Source: Kineosporiaceae bacterium (GTDB lineage Bacteria > Actinomycetota > Actinomycetes > Actinomycetales > Kineosporiaceae). From it: a stretch of 64,000 bases of DNA. Location: NCBI GenBank assembly GCA_016713225.1, contig JADJPO010000002.1, positions 107,844 through 171,843 on the forward strand. Direction: 5' to 3'. Each line of letters starts with the position of its first letter. Positions within the stretch are counted from its first letter, which is position 1. The notes under the pieces are model-generated. The model was not told where the DNA came from and ran no database searches. It was given only the letters and a program-made list of their open reading frames with translations. Position numbers and translations under genes: made by a program. Of this stretch, positions 17,941 through 26,338 are shown piece by piece.

Positions 17941-18406
17941 CGGAGCCTCTGAGTCGCGCCAGGAATGCCGACCGGAGTGCGGCGCGACCTGGGTCACAGC
18001 AGGCACCTCCGAGGAATGGTGCACGGGAGCCCATCCGATGGTCGCGCGGTCGACGGCCAGGTCATCGGATCGTGCCGTGCATGTTCGGTAGGCATCATCG
18101 TCGCATACGGTCGGTCTGTCGAGGGCATCGATGGCCGTCGAAACCCTGCCGCCGCAACGCACTCCAAGGCGTTCAGTAATCGCCATCACTGCAGGTCAGG
18201 GGCTCGGCTGTGGTCTCGGGCACAGACCGGGAACGGAGGGCCGTGGCACTAGGGTTGTGTCACAACAGGGTGACTCTGTGTGGTCGTTCCGGAGGGCACC
18301 GAGCCCTGCCGGGGGATGCCGAGGAATCGCTCGATCGGCCGATCGGTCACCGGGGCTACCGCTTTGCCCGCTGTCGGCTGCGACCGCTACCCTGGCGCAG
18401 TCAGGA

Positions 18407-18500
18407 GGAGGTGTCGCCTAGTCCGGTCTATGGCGCCCGCCTGCTAAGCGGGTTTGGGGCTAAAACCCCATCGCGGGTTCAAATCCCGCCGCCTCCGCCA
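18407..18500 (+). tRNA. tRNA-Ser (anticodon GCU), long variable arm, encoded CCA
   Basis: A hand-folded cloverleaf gives: acceptor GGAGGTG/CGCCTCC, anticodon stem CCCGC/GCGGG with loop CTGCTAA, variable arm TTTGGGGCTAAAACCCCATC, T arm GCGGG-TTCAAAT-CCCGC, then G-CCA. Confidence 0.9.
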
Positions 18501-18501
18501 A

Positions 18502-18536
18502 CGAGAAGCCCCGGGCGTCAGCCCGGGGCTTTCTCG
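18502..18536 (+). terminator. Stem-loop directly after tRNA-Ser (15-bp perfect stem, no U tract)
   Basis: cgagaagccccgggc - gtca - gcccggggcttctcg. Confidence 0.55.
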
Positions 18537-18639
18537 TGGCCGGAGGCGGCGGTGGTGCCGGGAGTGGCAAGGAGGCGCGCGGAGCGGGCCTCCTTCCCGC
18601 GGTTCCCGCCGCCTCCGCAGGAGAAGTTCCCCCTTGCGG

Positions 18640-18710
18640 CCATGATCACCGTTAGATCGCAGTTTGCACCGGTCCAGGCGGAGCAAACTGCGATCCAACG
18701 GTGATCATGG
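18640..18710. repeat. 28-bp inverted repeat (1 mismatch) with 15-nt spacer
   Basis: The left arm ccatgatcaccgttagatcgcagtttgc (18640-18667) pairs with the right arm gcaaactgcgatccaacggtgatcatgg (18683-18710). Confidence 0.8.
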
Positions 18711-18792
18711 GGCTGGGGGCTGGGGCTGGGGGCTGGGGGCTGGGGGCTGGGGGCTGAGGGGCTGAGGGCTGAGGGGCTGAGGGCTGAGGGCT
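18709..18792 (+). repeat. G-rich microsatellite, about 13 units of GGGGCT / GGGGGCT / GAGGGCT
   Basis: ggggctgggggctggggctgggggctgggggctgggggctgggggctgaggggctgagggctgaggggctgagggctgagggct. Many consecutive G3-5 runs are separated by 2-4 nt. Confidence 0.9.
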
Positions 18793-18892
18793 CAAACAGA
18801 GGAGTGGCCGGTCGCCCACCACGGAGACCGGCCACCCACACTCTGTTGCCCAGGATGACCCGGGGGTTGGAGTCAGGAACGGAGTGCTGAGA

Positions 18893-20704
<1,812 letters not shown>

Positions 20705-21028
20705 GTGGCTGCCTTCCTCGAGCTCGGACCCGTTTGGGGAAACGCTCGGGGGCACGCCCCAGAGCGGCGTCGTCTCAACCCACGTTTGCCGGCCGGACGG
20801 CAGCTCACGTGGACGGCTGTTTCGACCCTACGGGGTCGCCTTTCGGCGTCCCCCGGACAGAGGTCCCCATGAACTGTACGGGTCACTCGGGCCGATCACC
20901 TCTGGAGGTCAAAGCCGCAGGTGAAGCCGCATGTTGCCCTGGTTGCGGACGGCGTGTTGGATATCACGCCAGGGTTGCCTGCCGGAGGGTCCGACCCGCC
21001 CGCGAGTCGACCCTGCACCTGCCCACGA

Positions 21029-21065
21029 CGAGTGGGGGACGAGTGGGGGACGATGGGGGGACGGG
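21029..21065 (+). repeat. Tandem G-run element GAGTGGGGGAC GAGTGGGGGAC GATGGGGGGAC GGG (canonical G-quadruplex-forming pattern)
   Basis: Four G3-6 runs with loops of 6, 5 and 2 nt lie in the divergent intergenic region between pckG and the 21101 ORF. Confidence 0.7.
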
Positions 21066-21100
21066 TAGGTGAATCCTGCGGGTCGAAGAGGTGAGGACCG

Positions 21101-21685
21101 GTGCCACGCCGAGCTGGGCAGAACACCCCGACGGCGGCCGTCGCCGGGGTGCTGACCGCCGTGGCGCTGGCCCTGGCGATCGGCGGCCCGACCGGTGCGC
21201 ACCGGGCTGGGGTGTCGGTGGCCGACCCGGGACGGTGCGCGGCGTCGTCCGGGCAGGTCGCCTACCCGCCGCGCGCCGATCGCGACCGGACGGTGCTTCC
21301 CGTGGGCTACCGGGCCTTGGCCCCGGTGACCGCGGTGTGGTGCCGATACGGTCCGGACGGCGCGCTGACCGCCGCCTTCGATCTGGACGCCGCGCGCAGC
21401 GCGCGGCTCGCGGCGGTGCTGGCCACCCCGGTTGGCGGTTGGCCGCTCGATGCCCTGGCGGCCAAGACGATCCCCCCGATGACAGCCGCCCAGGTGGCCG
21501 CTGCCTCGGCGCCGAGGTGCGCGGCGCCGGCGGCAGCCGAGTGGGTCCGGTTCACCTACGGCCAGGGTCCGGACGCCGCGGTACTGGTGCGTCCGGCGCC
21601 GTGTCGCGACGCCGCCAACGGAGTGCTGCGGCTGCGGGCCTCGGCCGAGCTGCTGGCCGAGTTCGCCGCGCTGGCGCCTCGGTGA
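21101..21685 (+). CDS. Hypothetical secreted protein (signal peptide-like N-terminus)
   Basis: 194-aa ORF with a GTG start and GC3-rich codons. The N-terminus AAVAGVLTAVALALAIGG resembles a signal peptide and there are 4 Cys. Competing ORFs in other frames look like GC artefacts. Confidence 0.55.
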   Translation: MPRRAGQNTPTAAVAGVLTAVALALAIGGPTGAHRAGVSVADPGRCAASSGQVAYPPRADRDRTVLPVGYRALAPVTAVWCRYGPDGALTAAFDLDAARSARLAAVLATPVGGWPLDALAAKTIPPMTAAQVAAASAPRCAAPAAAEWVRFTYGQGPDAAVLVRPAPCRDAANGVLRLRASAELLAEFAALAPR

Positions 21686-21700
21686 TCCGGCCGGGGTAGC

Positions 21701-22120
21701 GTGAAGGTCATGGCAGATCACGGATCAGACCCGTATGTCGTGAACATCGAGGCGGCCACGCTGGAGAACACGGCCTTCCGGACCACGATCTGGACCGGGA
21801 CGACGCTGCAGCTCACCGTCATGAGCATCCCGGTGGGCGGTGAGATCGGGCTCGAGGTGCACGGCGACATCGACCAGTTTCTGCGGATCGAATCCGGGCG
21901 AGGTCGGGTGCAGATGGGTCCGGCGTCCGACCAGCTGACGTTCGAGCGCGAGGTGGCCGACGACGATGCGGTCCTGGTGCCGGCGGGGTCCTGGCACAAC
22001 ATCACCAACATCGGGGACGACGCGCTGAAGGTCTACTCGATCTACGGCCCGCCGGAGCACCCGCACGGCACCGTCCACGCCACCAAGGCCGAGTCGGACG
22101 CCGCCGAGCATCACCACTGA
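21701..22120 (+). CDS. Cupin-domain protein
   Basis: 139-aa ORF with the cupin motifs GGEIGLEVHGDIDQFLRIESG and VLVPAGSWHNITNIG. The start is either GTG 21701 or ATG 21710. Confidence 0.8.
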   Translation: MKVMADHGSDPYVVNIEAATLENTAFRTTIWTGTTLQLTVMSIPVGGEIGLEVHGDIDQFLRIESGRGRVQMGPASDQLTFEREVADDDAVLVPAGSWHNITNIGDDALKVYSIYGPPEHPHGTVHATKAESDAAEHHH

Positions 22121-22216
22121 CGCGGCGCGGGACACACCCCCGAATCCGATTCGGCCAGTCGGGGGGCCGTCCGCTAACATCGTCTCCTGCTGCTGTCCCT
22201 GCGGTCAGCAGCGCCA

Positions 22217-22289
22217 GCGCCCGTAGCTCAACGGATAGAGCATTTGACTACGGATCAAAAGGTTAGGGGTTCGAATCCCTTCGGGCGCG
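22217..22289 (+). tRNA. tRNA-Arg (anticodon ACG)
   Basis: The hand-folded cloverleaf gives: acceptor GCGCCCG/CGGGCGC, D arm GCTC-AACGGATA-GAGC, anticodon stem TTTGA/TCAAA with loop CTACGGA, T arm AGGGG-TTCGAAT-CCCTT. CCA is not encoded. Confidence 0.9.
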
Positions 22290-22292
22290 CAG
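22248..22292 (+). repeat. att copy 1 (attL): 45-bp tRNA-Arg 3' half, identical at 41329-41373
   Basis: ctacggatcaaaaggttaggggttcgaatcccttcgggcgcgcag occurs at both positions. The integrase gene lies immediately downstream. Confidence 0.85.
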
Positions 22293-22334
22293 CGCATTTC
22301 CTCAGTAAACAGCCTCTGACCAGCGGTGACGTGG

Positions 22335-23798
22335 TCAGGGGCTGTTCTCGTCCTGTCCGGTCGTGGTCGGGTCGGAGTGGTCTTCGGTGTCCTTCCGCCC
22401 CACCGGCGCCCCACCGTTTGGTGTCGTTGCCTCGCCGATGGTGGCCTGGATCCGGGTGAGGTGGGCGTCGACGCCGCCGTCGATGCACTTGGCGTAGACG
22501 CGCAACAGGACCTCGACGCTGTGTCCGGCCCATTCGGCGACTTGGGGCGCGGGGACGCCGGCGCTGAGCCAGGTGGAGACGGCGGCGTGGCGCAGGTCGT
22601 AGGGGCGGGCGGCGAGGGGGGAAGCGGCCTGGGCGGCGGTGAGTGCCCGATCTCGGGCACGTCGCCAGATGGTGCGGTAGGTGAGGCTGGACAGGGCCTC
22701 GCCGCGCTCGCCGCGGAAGATCGGGTCGGTCTCGCCGCAGGGCCAGGTGGCGAGGTGGTGGCGCAGCAGGGCGACGAGGGCCGGCGGTGCGGGGGTGCGG
22801 CGGGACTCGCCACGGCTGCGGTGCTTGAGCTGGCGGGTGCTGCGCCGGGTGTTGTCGTCGGTCCACTGGCGTTCGATCTCGGGGGCGGCGCGGCAGGCGG
22901 TGATCCATCCCCAGCCGTCGCCGTCGGGCAGGTCGAGGTCGAAGGGTCGAAGGGCGACGGCCTCCTCCGGGCGCAGCGCGGCGTAGTACAGGCAGCCGAA
23001 GAACGCGACCAGATGTGGTCCGCTGCGCGGGGTGTTCCGGACCGCGTCGAGCAGGGCGCGGACCTGGTCGGGGTTGGCCACGGCGCGGCGGTCGACGGTG
23101 CCTGCTGTGCGCGGGGTCTTCCAGCTGAGCGTGGTGAGCGGGTTGTGGTCGAGGACCCCGAGCTCGACGGCGTAGGAGAAGGCATTGGAGAGGATCCGGC
23201 GTTTGAGTGTCGTGGACCGTCCCGCGGCGCGCTGGCCGTCCAGCCGGGTGGAGATCCGCTCGACGACCAAGCGCAGGACGTCGGGTTGCTGGAGGTCGCC
23301 CAGTGGACGGGCGTGCCGCTGAAGGCTGTCCAGGAGGGCCGTGACGTCTTCAGGCTGTTCGGGGGTGCCGCGTCGTCTGGTGTTGAACGCCCAGTTGTAG
23401 AGCGCGGAGCGCGCCGCCTGGGCCTCGTCCGTGGAGACCTCGATGGTGAGCAGCACCGGGGTGATCGAGGCGAGCGCCTCGGCGATGGACTTGCGGTGGT
23501 TCGGCGATGCGTCGGGCCACTTCATGTCGATGTACCGGCAGGCGAAGTCGTACCAGGTGAGTCTCGAGACCGAGCCGCGGATGGTGCTCACCGGGCGACC
23601 GCTCTCGATATCGAAGGCCTCGCCCTTGCGTTGGGCCGCGACGAGTTCGGACCGGAAGCTGTCGGCAGCTGCGGCCGTCCGGAAGACCGACTTCCATCGG
23701 CGTCCGGCGACGAACCAGGTGACCCGATAGCTGGTGGCGCGCTTGCCGACGTACCTCTCGACCGACCAGACGCGGACGTCGAAGGTGGTCTGCCTCAA
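22335..23798 (-). CDS. Tyrosine-type site-specific integrase
   Basis: The TTG start at 23798 overlaps the excisionase stop (TTGA). The N-terminus FDVRVWSVERYVGKRATSYRVTWFVAGRRW is typical of actinobacterial island/phage integrases. The catalytic region has ALRPEE, YDLRHAAVS, AGHSVEVLLRVYAKC. The track ORF extends spuriously to 24593. Confidence 0.85.
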   Translation of the reverse strand: MRQTTFDVRVWSVERYVGKRATSYRVTWFVAGRRWKSVFRTAAAADSFRSELVAAQRKGEAFDIESGRPVSTIRGSVSRLTWYDFACRYIDMKWPDASPNHRKSIAEALASITPVLLTIEVSTDEAQAARSALYNWAFNTRRRGTPEQPEDVTALLDSLQRHARPLGDLQQPDVLRLVVERISTRLDGQRAAGRSTTLKRRILSNAFSYAVELGVLDHNPLTTLSWKTPRTAGTVDRRAVANPDQVRALLDAVRNTPRSGPHLVAFFGCLYYAALRPEEAVALRPFDLDLPDGDGWGWITACRAAPEIERQWTDDNTRRSTRQLKHRSRGESRRTPAPPALVALLRHHLATWPCGETDPIFRGERGEALSSLTYRTIWRRARDRALTAAQAASPLAARPYDLRHAAVSTWLSAGVPAPQVAEWAGHSVEVLLRVYAKCIDGGVDAHLTRIQATIGEATTPNGGAPVGRKDTEDHSDPTTTGQDENSP

Positions 23799-24004
23799 GC
23801 CGCTTCCTCGCGGCCGCGCAGCCACCGGTCGAGTTCGGAGCGCCGCACCCGGATCGCGCCGTTCGGCAGCTTGATGCACCGAGGAGCGCGGCCCTTGGCC
23901 CGCCAGTCGTAGAACGTCGATCGCGAGATCTGCAGCTCCGCGCAGACCTGGGGGAGCGTCAGGCTGGTGCGTGATTCGCCGGCGAGGCGGGTGAGCGTGC
24001 CCAT
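23795..24004 (-). CDS. Excisionase / MerR-like helix-turn-helix DNA-binding protein
   Basis: ATG 24004 is preceded by GGAGG. The 69-aa product LTLPQVCAELQISRSTFYDWRAKGRAPRCIKLPNGAIRVRRSELDRWL matches the Xis-type HTH_17 pattern. Confidence 0.8.
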   Translation of the reverse strand: MGTLTRLAGESRTSLTLPQVCAELQISRSTFYDWRAKGRAPRCIKLPNGAIRVRRSELDRWLRGREEAA

Positions 24005-24219
24005 GTGGCACCTCCAGGTGAGTTGATGCAGTCGGGCTGAGCCGAGATCGCTCGGTCGCAACAAAGTAGCACGGACCGTAGGGACGTACCAGGCGTTGCA
24101 GGTACGCGACTGTCGCTGAGTCGCGCCGCTTCAGGTGGTTGTGCCAGTGGGTTCGACCGCGCCCGGTCGACGTGGTGGGGCGGCCCCGCCGGGCCGCGCC
24201 CAGCGGGCGTGCAGCTCGC

Positions 24220-24235
24220 GTAGTGACGTCACTAC
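24220..24235. promoter_or_regulatory. Perfect 16-bp palindrome GTAGTGACGTCACTAC upstream of xis-int
   Basis: It is self-complementary by inspection and lies in the non-coding stretch 24005-24835. Confidence 0.45.
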
Positions 24236-24498
24236 CTCTAGCTCGCTCCCGCCTGAACCAGAGGGGGTCTCGTCGCCACAAGGGCGGGCGAAGGCGCCCC
24301 GGGCGCAGGGCCTGAGCGGCCCTCGGAAGGACTCCCGCCGTGGTCATCGCAGACTGGAAGGGCATGCCGTCCAGGGGCGCCGGGTCTGACGCCGACGGTG
24401 TCCAGAGGCTGTCGCAGGCGTCCGCCCGGTGCCCGTGGCCAGATCGGTGCCCTTGGCGACGGGGGGCCCGCGCCTGGCGTTCGCGGCATCGCCAGGAG

Positions 24499-24604
24499 GG
24501 TGATGACGGATGACGGATCAGAGCCTTTTCCACATTTTCCCGCGTACGTATACGCGTACGCGGGTAATAGCGGCTGACCCCCAAATCCGTCATCCGTCAT
24601 CACC
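24499..24604. promoter_or_regulatory. Perfect 20-bp inverted repeat built from doubled CCGTCATC units, flanking an AT-richer core
   Basis: The arms are ggtgatgacggatgacggat (24499-24518) and atccgtcatccgtcatcacc (24585-24604). The core contains ttttccacattttcc and cgcgtacgtatacgcgtacgcg. Confidence 0.6.
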
Positions 24605-24835
24605 CCGGCCCGCGGGTCGGCCACGGGTGTCACCCCTGAGGCGATCCCGTTCTCCCGGCCCGTCACCCGGATGCGGAGACAGGGGGTAACACGGGCGCTG
24701 ACCTGCACCGTCATCCGATCTGGGGCGGAAAGGCCGGTGGGGGTACTCACCTTCGTCAGCGGACCGTTACCCCACCGCGTGGCCTCGTCACCTATCCGTC
24801 ATCGGCCCGATGGGTGACGGGTCGACGAACGTCCG

Positions 24836-25312
24836 TTGGCAACGGTTCACGGCGTGAAGAAGCCCACCGATGACCAAGAACGCACCGCGTCGATCGAACC
24901 GAGCGAGTCTGTGACGGCCCTTGACCGTCATTCCGTGAACCCCCGTCGTCACCGTGCCCGTCATCCCCGACCACGCGTCGAAGAGGGGCACGTCATCGGA
25001 GTCAACGGTGAAGCGCCGCGTGCTGCGGTCGACATCGGCCCAGAGGACGACGCCACGCCCGTCACGGAGGAAGACATCGCCACTGTCGCGTGCTGGCGGT
25101 GCGGCGTCGACATCCAGCCGATTCCCGCCAGCGCGGTGAGCGTGGACGGGTCCTGCCCAGACTGCGCCCTGCAACAGGCTTGCCAAGGACTCGGCCATGT
25201 CTGGGCGCCCTGGACGGAGATGGGTCCGTCACTCAGCGGCCGCTGGCCGAGCGGACGAGCGCGCTACTGCCGTGTCTGCACCCACGGCGAATACGATCCG
25301 CCTGCCGCCTGA
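24836..25312 (+). CDS. Hypothetical Cys-rich (zinc-ribbon-like) island protein
   Basis: 158-aa ORF. Its second half has GC3-rich codons and CxxC pairs (CWRCG, CPDC, CRVC). The start is uncertain, and an antisense 136-aa ORF competes with it. Confidence 0.4.
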   Translation: MATVHGVKKPTDDQERTASIEPSESVTALDRHSVNPRRHRARHPRPRVEEGHVIGVNGEAPRAAVDIGPEDDATPVTEEDIATVACWRCGVDIQPIPASAVSVDGSCPDCALQQACQGLGHVWAPWTEMGPSLSGRWPSGRARYCRVCTHGEYDPPAA

Positions 25313-25384
25313 GCCCTCGACGCAGTGGCGGCCACCGGGGCAGCTGGTAGGACCGCGCAGCCCCTACCCCCGTAGGGTGGCGGA

Positions 25385-26005
25385 GTGCGCAGCCGCAGGA
25401 CACGCCCAGCAACGCCGGTGCAACCCGCGCCGGACGTCGAGTGGCTCACCCCCGCTCCGGACGGCAGTCACGTGGAACTGGCCTGGCCAGAGGCCGACGG
25501 CCCGTACACGTTGACCTGTCACCTGGCCAGGGTGGACGGGCGCACGATGCTGGTCGGCCTGGACATCCGCAGCTTCACCCTCGATGCCGACGGCGAACCG
25601 GTGCCGGGCACGGGCGGGCTGGTCGAGGTGAACCACCCCGCGCTGCGCTCGCTCAGAGCGGGCGAGATCGCCGAGGCCGCCCGCGCCACCCTTGCGGTTC
25701 TGCTGGCCACCAAGGCCACGTCCCGTGCCTTGAGTAAGGACGCCCGCCAAGCCGCCGCCCGAACCCTGGAGACCCTCACCGCGCCGAGCCGGCCGGGCGC
25801 CCGGTCACGCCCCGCCGGCAGCCAACTGGAGAAGGTCGCCGGACTCTTCAATCAGGCCGTCGCAGCCGGCGGCGACTCAGCCCGCCGACCCTCGATCTAC
25901 GTCCACCAAGCCCTCGTCGAAGAGGGCCAAGACGTCAGCCTGAACACCGTCCGCGGCCAGATACACCGCGCCCGCGTCAAAGGCCTCATCCCACTCGCAC
26001 CCTGA
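25385..26005 (+). CDS. Hypothetical island protein (a decayed paralogue lies at 41484-41876)
   Basis: 206-aa ORF with a GTG start. Its C-terminal two thirds are repeated, with frameshifts, in island B, which supports a real conserved island gene. Confidence 0.6.
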   Translation: MRSRRTRPATPVQPAPDVEWLTPAPDGSHVELAWPEADGPYTLTCHLARVDGRTMLVGLDIRSFTLDADGEPVPGTGGLVEVNHPALRSLRAGEIAEAARATLAVLLATKATSRALSKDARQAAARTLETLTAPSRPGARSRPAGSQLEKVAGLFNQAVAAGGDSARRPSIYVHQALVEEGQDVSLNTVRGQIHRARVKGLIPLAP

Positions 26006-26090
26006 CCGACGCTATGCGGGATGCATGGCAGCGGACGACTCCTCACTCTCGCGCAAGGCTCAGTGGCGCAGAAGATGTCCGTCACGCCAG

Positions 26091-26338
26091 CCGACGTCCT
26101 GGCCACCGTCATCCACCGCATCCGGCAACCCTCCGGTTCGGTCGCCTGCGTGGCGTCCTACGACCCGCACGAACGGGTCTGGAACCCGCCGATGCCGCTG
26201 CTGTTCCAACGCCAGATCGGTATGGACACCCGCGCCATCCCCGCCGGCACGATCAGGGACTGGATCTGCCGGTCACTGCCTGACACCGGGCCGGCTGACA
26301 CCGGCCGCGAGGGCGCCGGGCAGACGAGCTCGGCGGGA
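26091..26338 (+). pseudogene. Tyrosine recombinase gene, fragment 1 of 3 (5'-truncated, then interrupted by IS1634-family element)
   Basis: It reads ...VACVASYDPHERVWNPPMPLLFQRQIG... and continues in frame at 28147. Similarity to the island backbone (shared with island B) stops at about 26090, so the N-terminal ~400 aa expected for such recombinases are absent. Confidence 0.65.
26205..26338 (+). repeat. 134-bp direct repeat, left copy (target duplication of the IS1634-family insertion)
   Basis: It is identical to 28013-28146 by inspection and directly abuts the IS terminal inverted repeat. Confidence 0.85.

Noticed and set aside
18709-18792. The G-rich tandem array as a possible CRISPR array
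   Set aside because: The units are 6-7 nt and contiguous, with no unique spacers, and no cas genes are present. It is a microsatellite.
20728-20747. The palindrome CGTTTGGGGAAACG upstream of pckG as a fourth site of the CGTTTGG-N3-CGAACG motif
   Set aside because: It shares only CGTTTGG. The second half-site and spacing differ (a 5-4-5 palindrome versus 6-4-6 with flanking AT(A/T)T), so I cannot support it as the same operator. It may be an unrelated element.
23799-24593. The N-terminal 265 aa of the 752-aa track ORF containing the integrase
   Set aside because: The integrase-like sequence starts at FDVRVW. A TTG at 23798 overlaps the excisionase stop. The upstream extension overlaps the excisionase gene in another frame and then runs through the repeat-rich non-coding region.
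24788-25198. 136-aa minus-strand ORF overlapping the Cys-rich plus-strand ORF 24836..25312
   Set aside because: The remaining island backbone gene (25385..26005) is on the plus strand. The plus-strand frame has the GC3 bias and CxxC pairs, while the minus-strand product has no features. Even so, the plus-strand call is only given 0.4 confidence.
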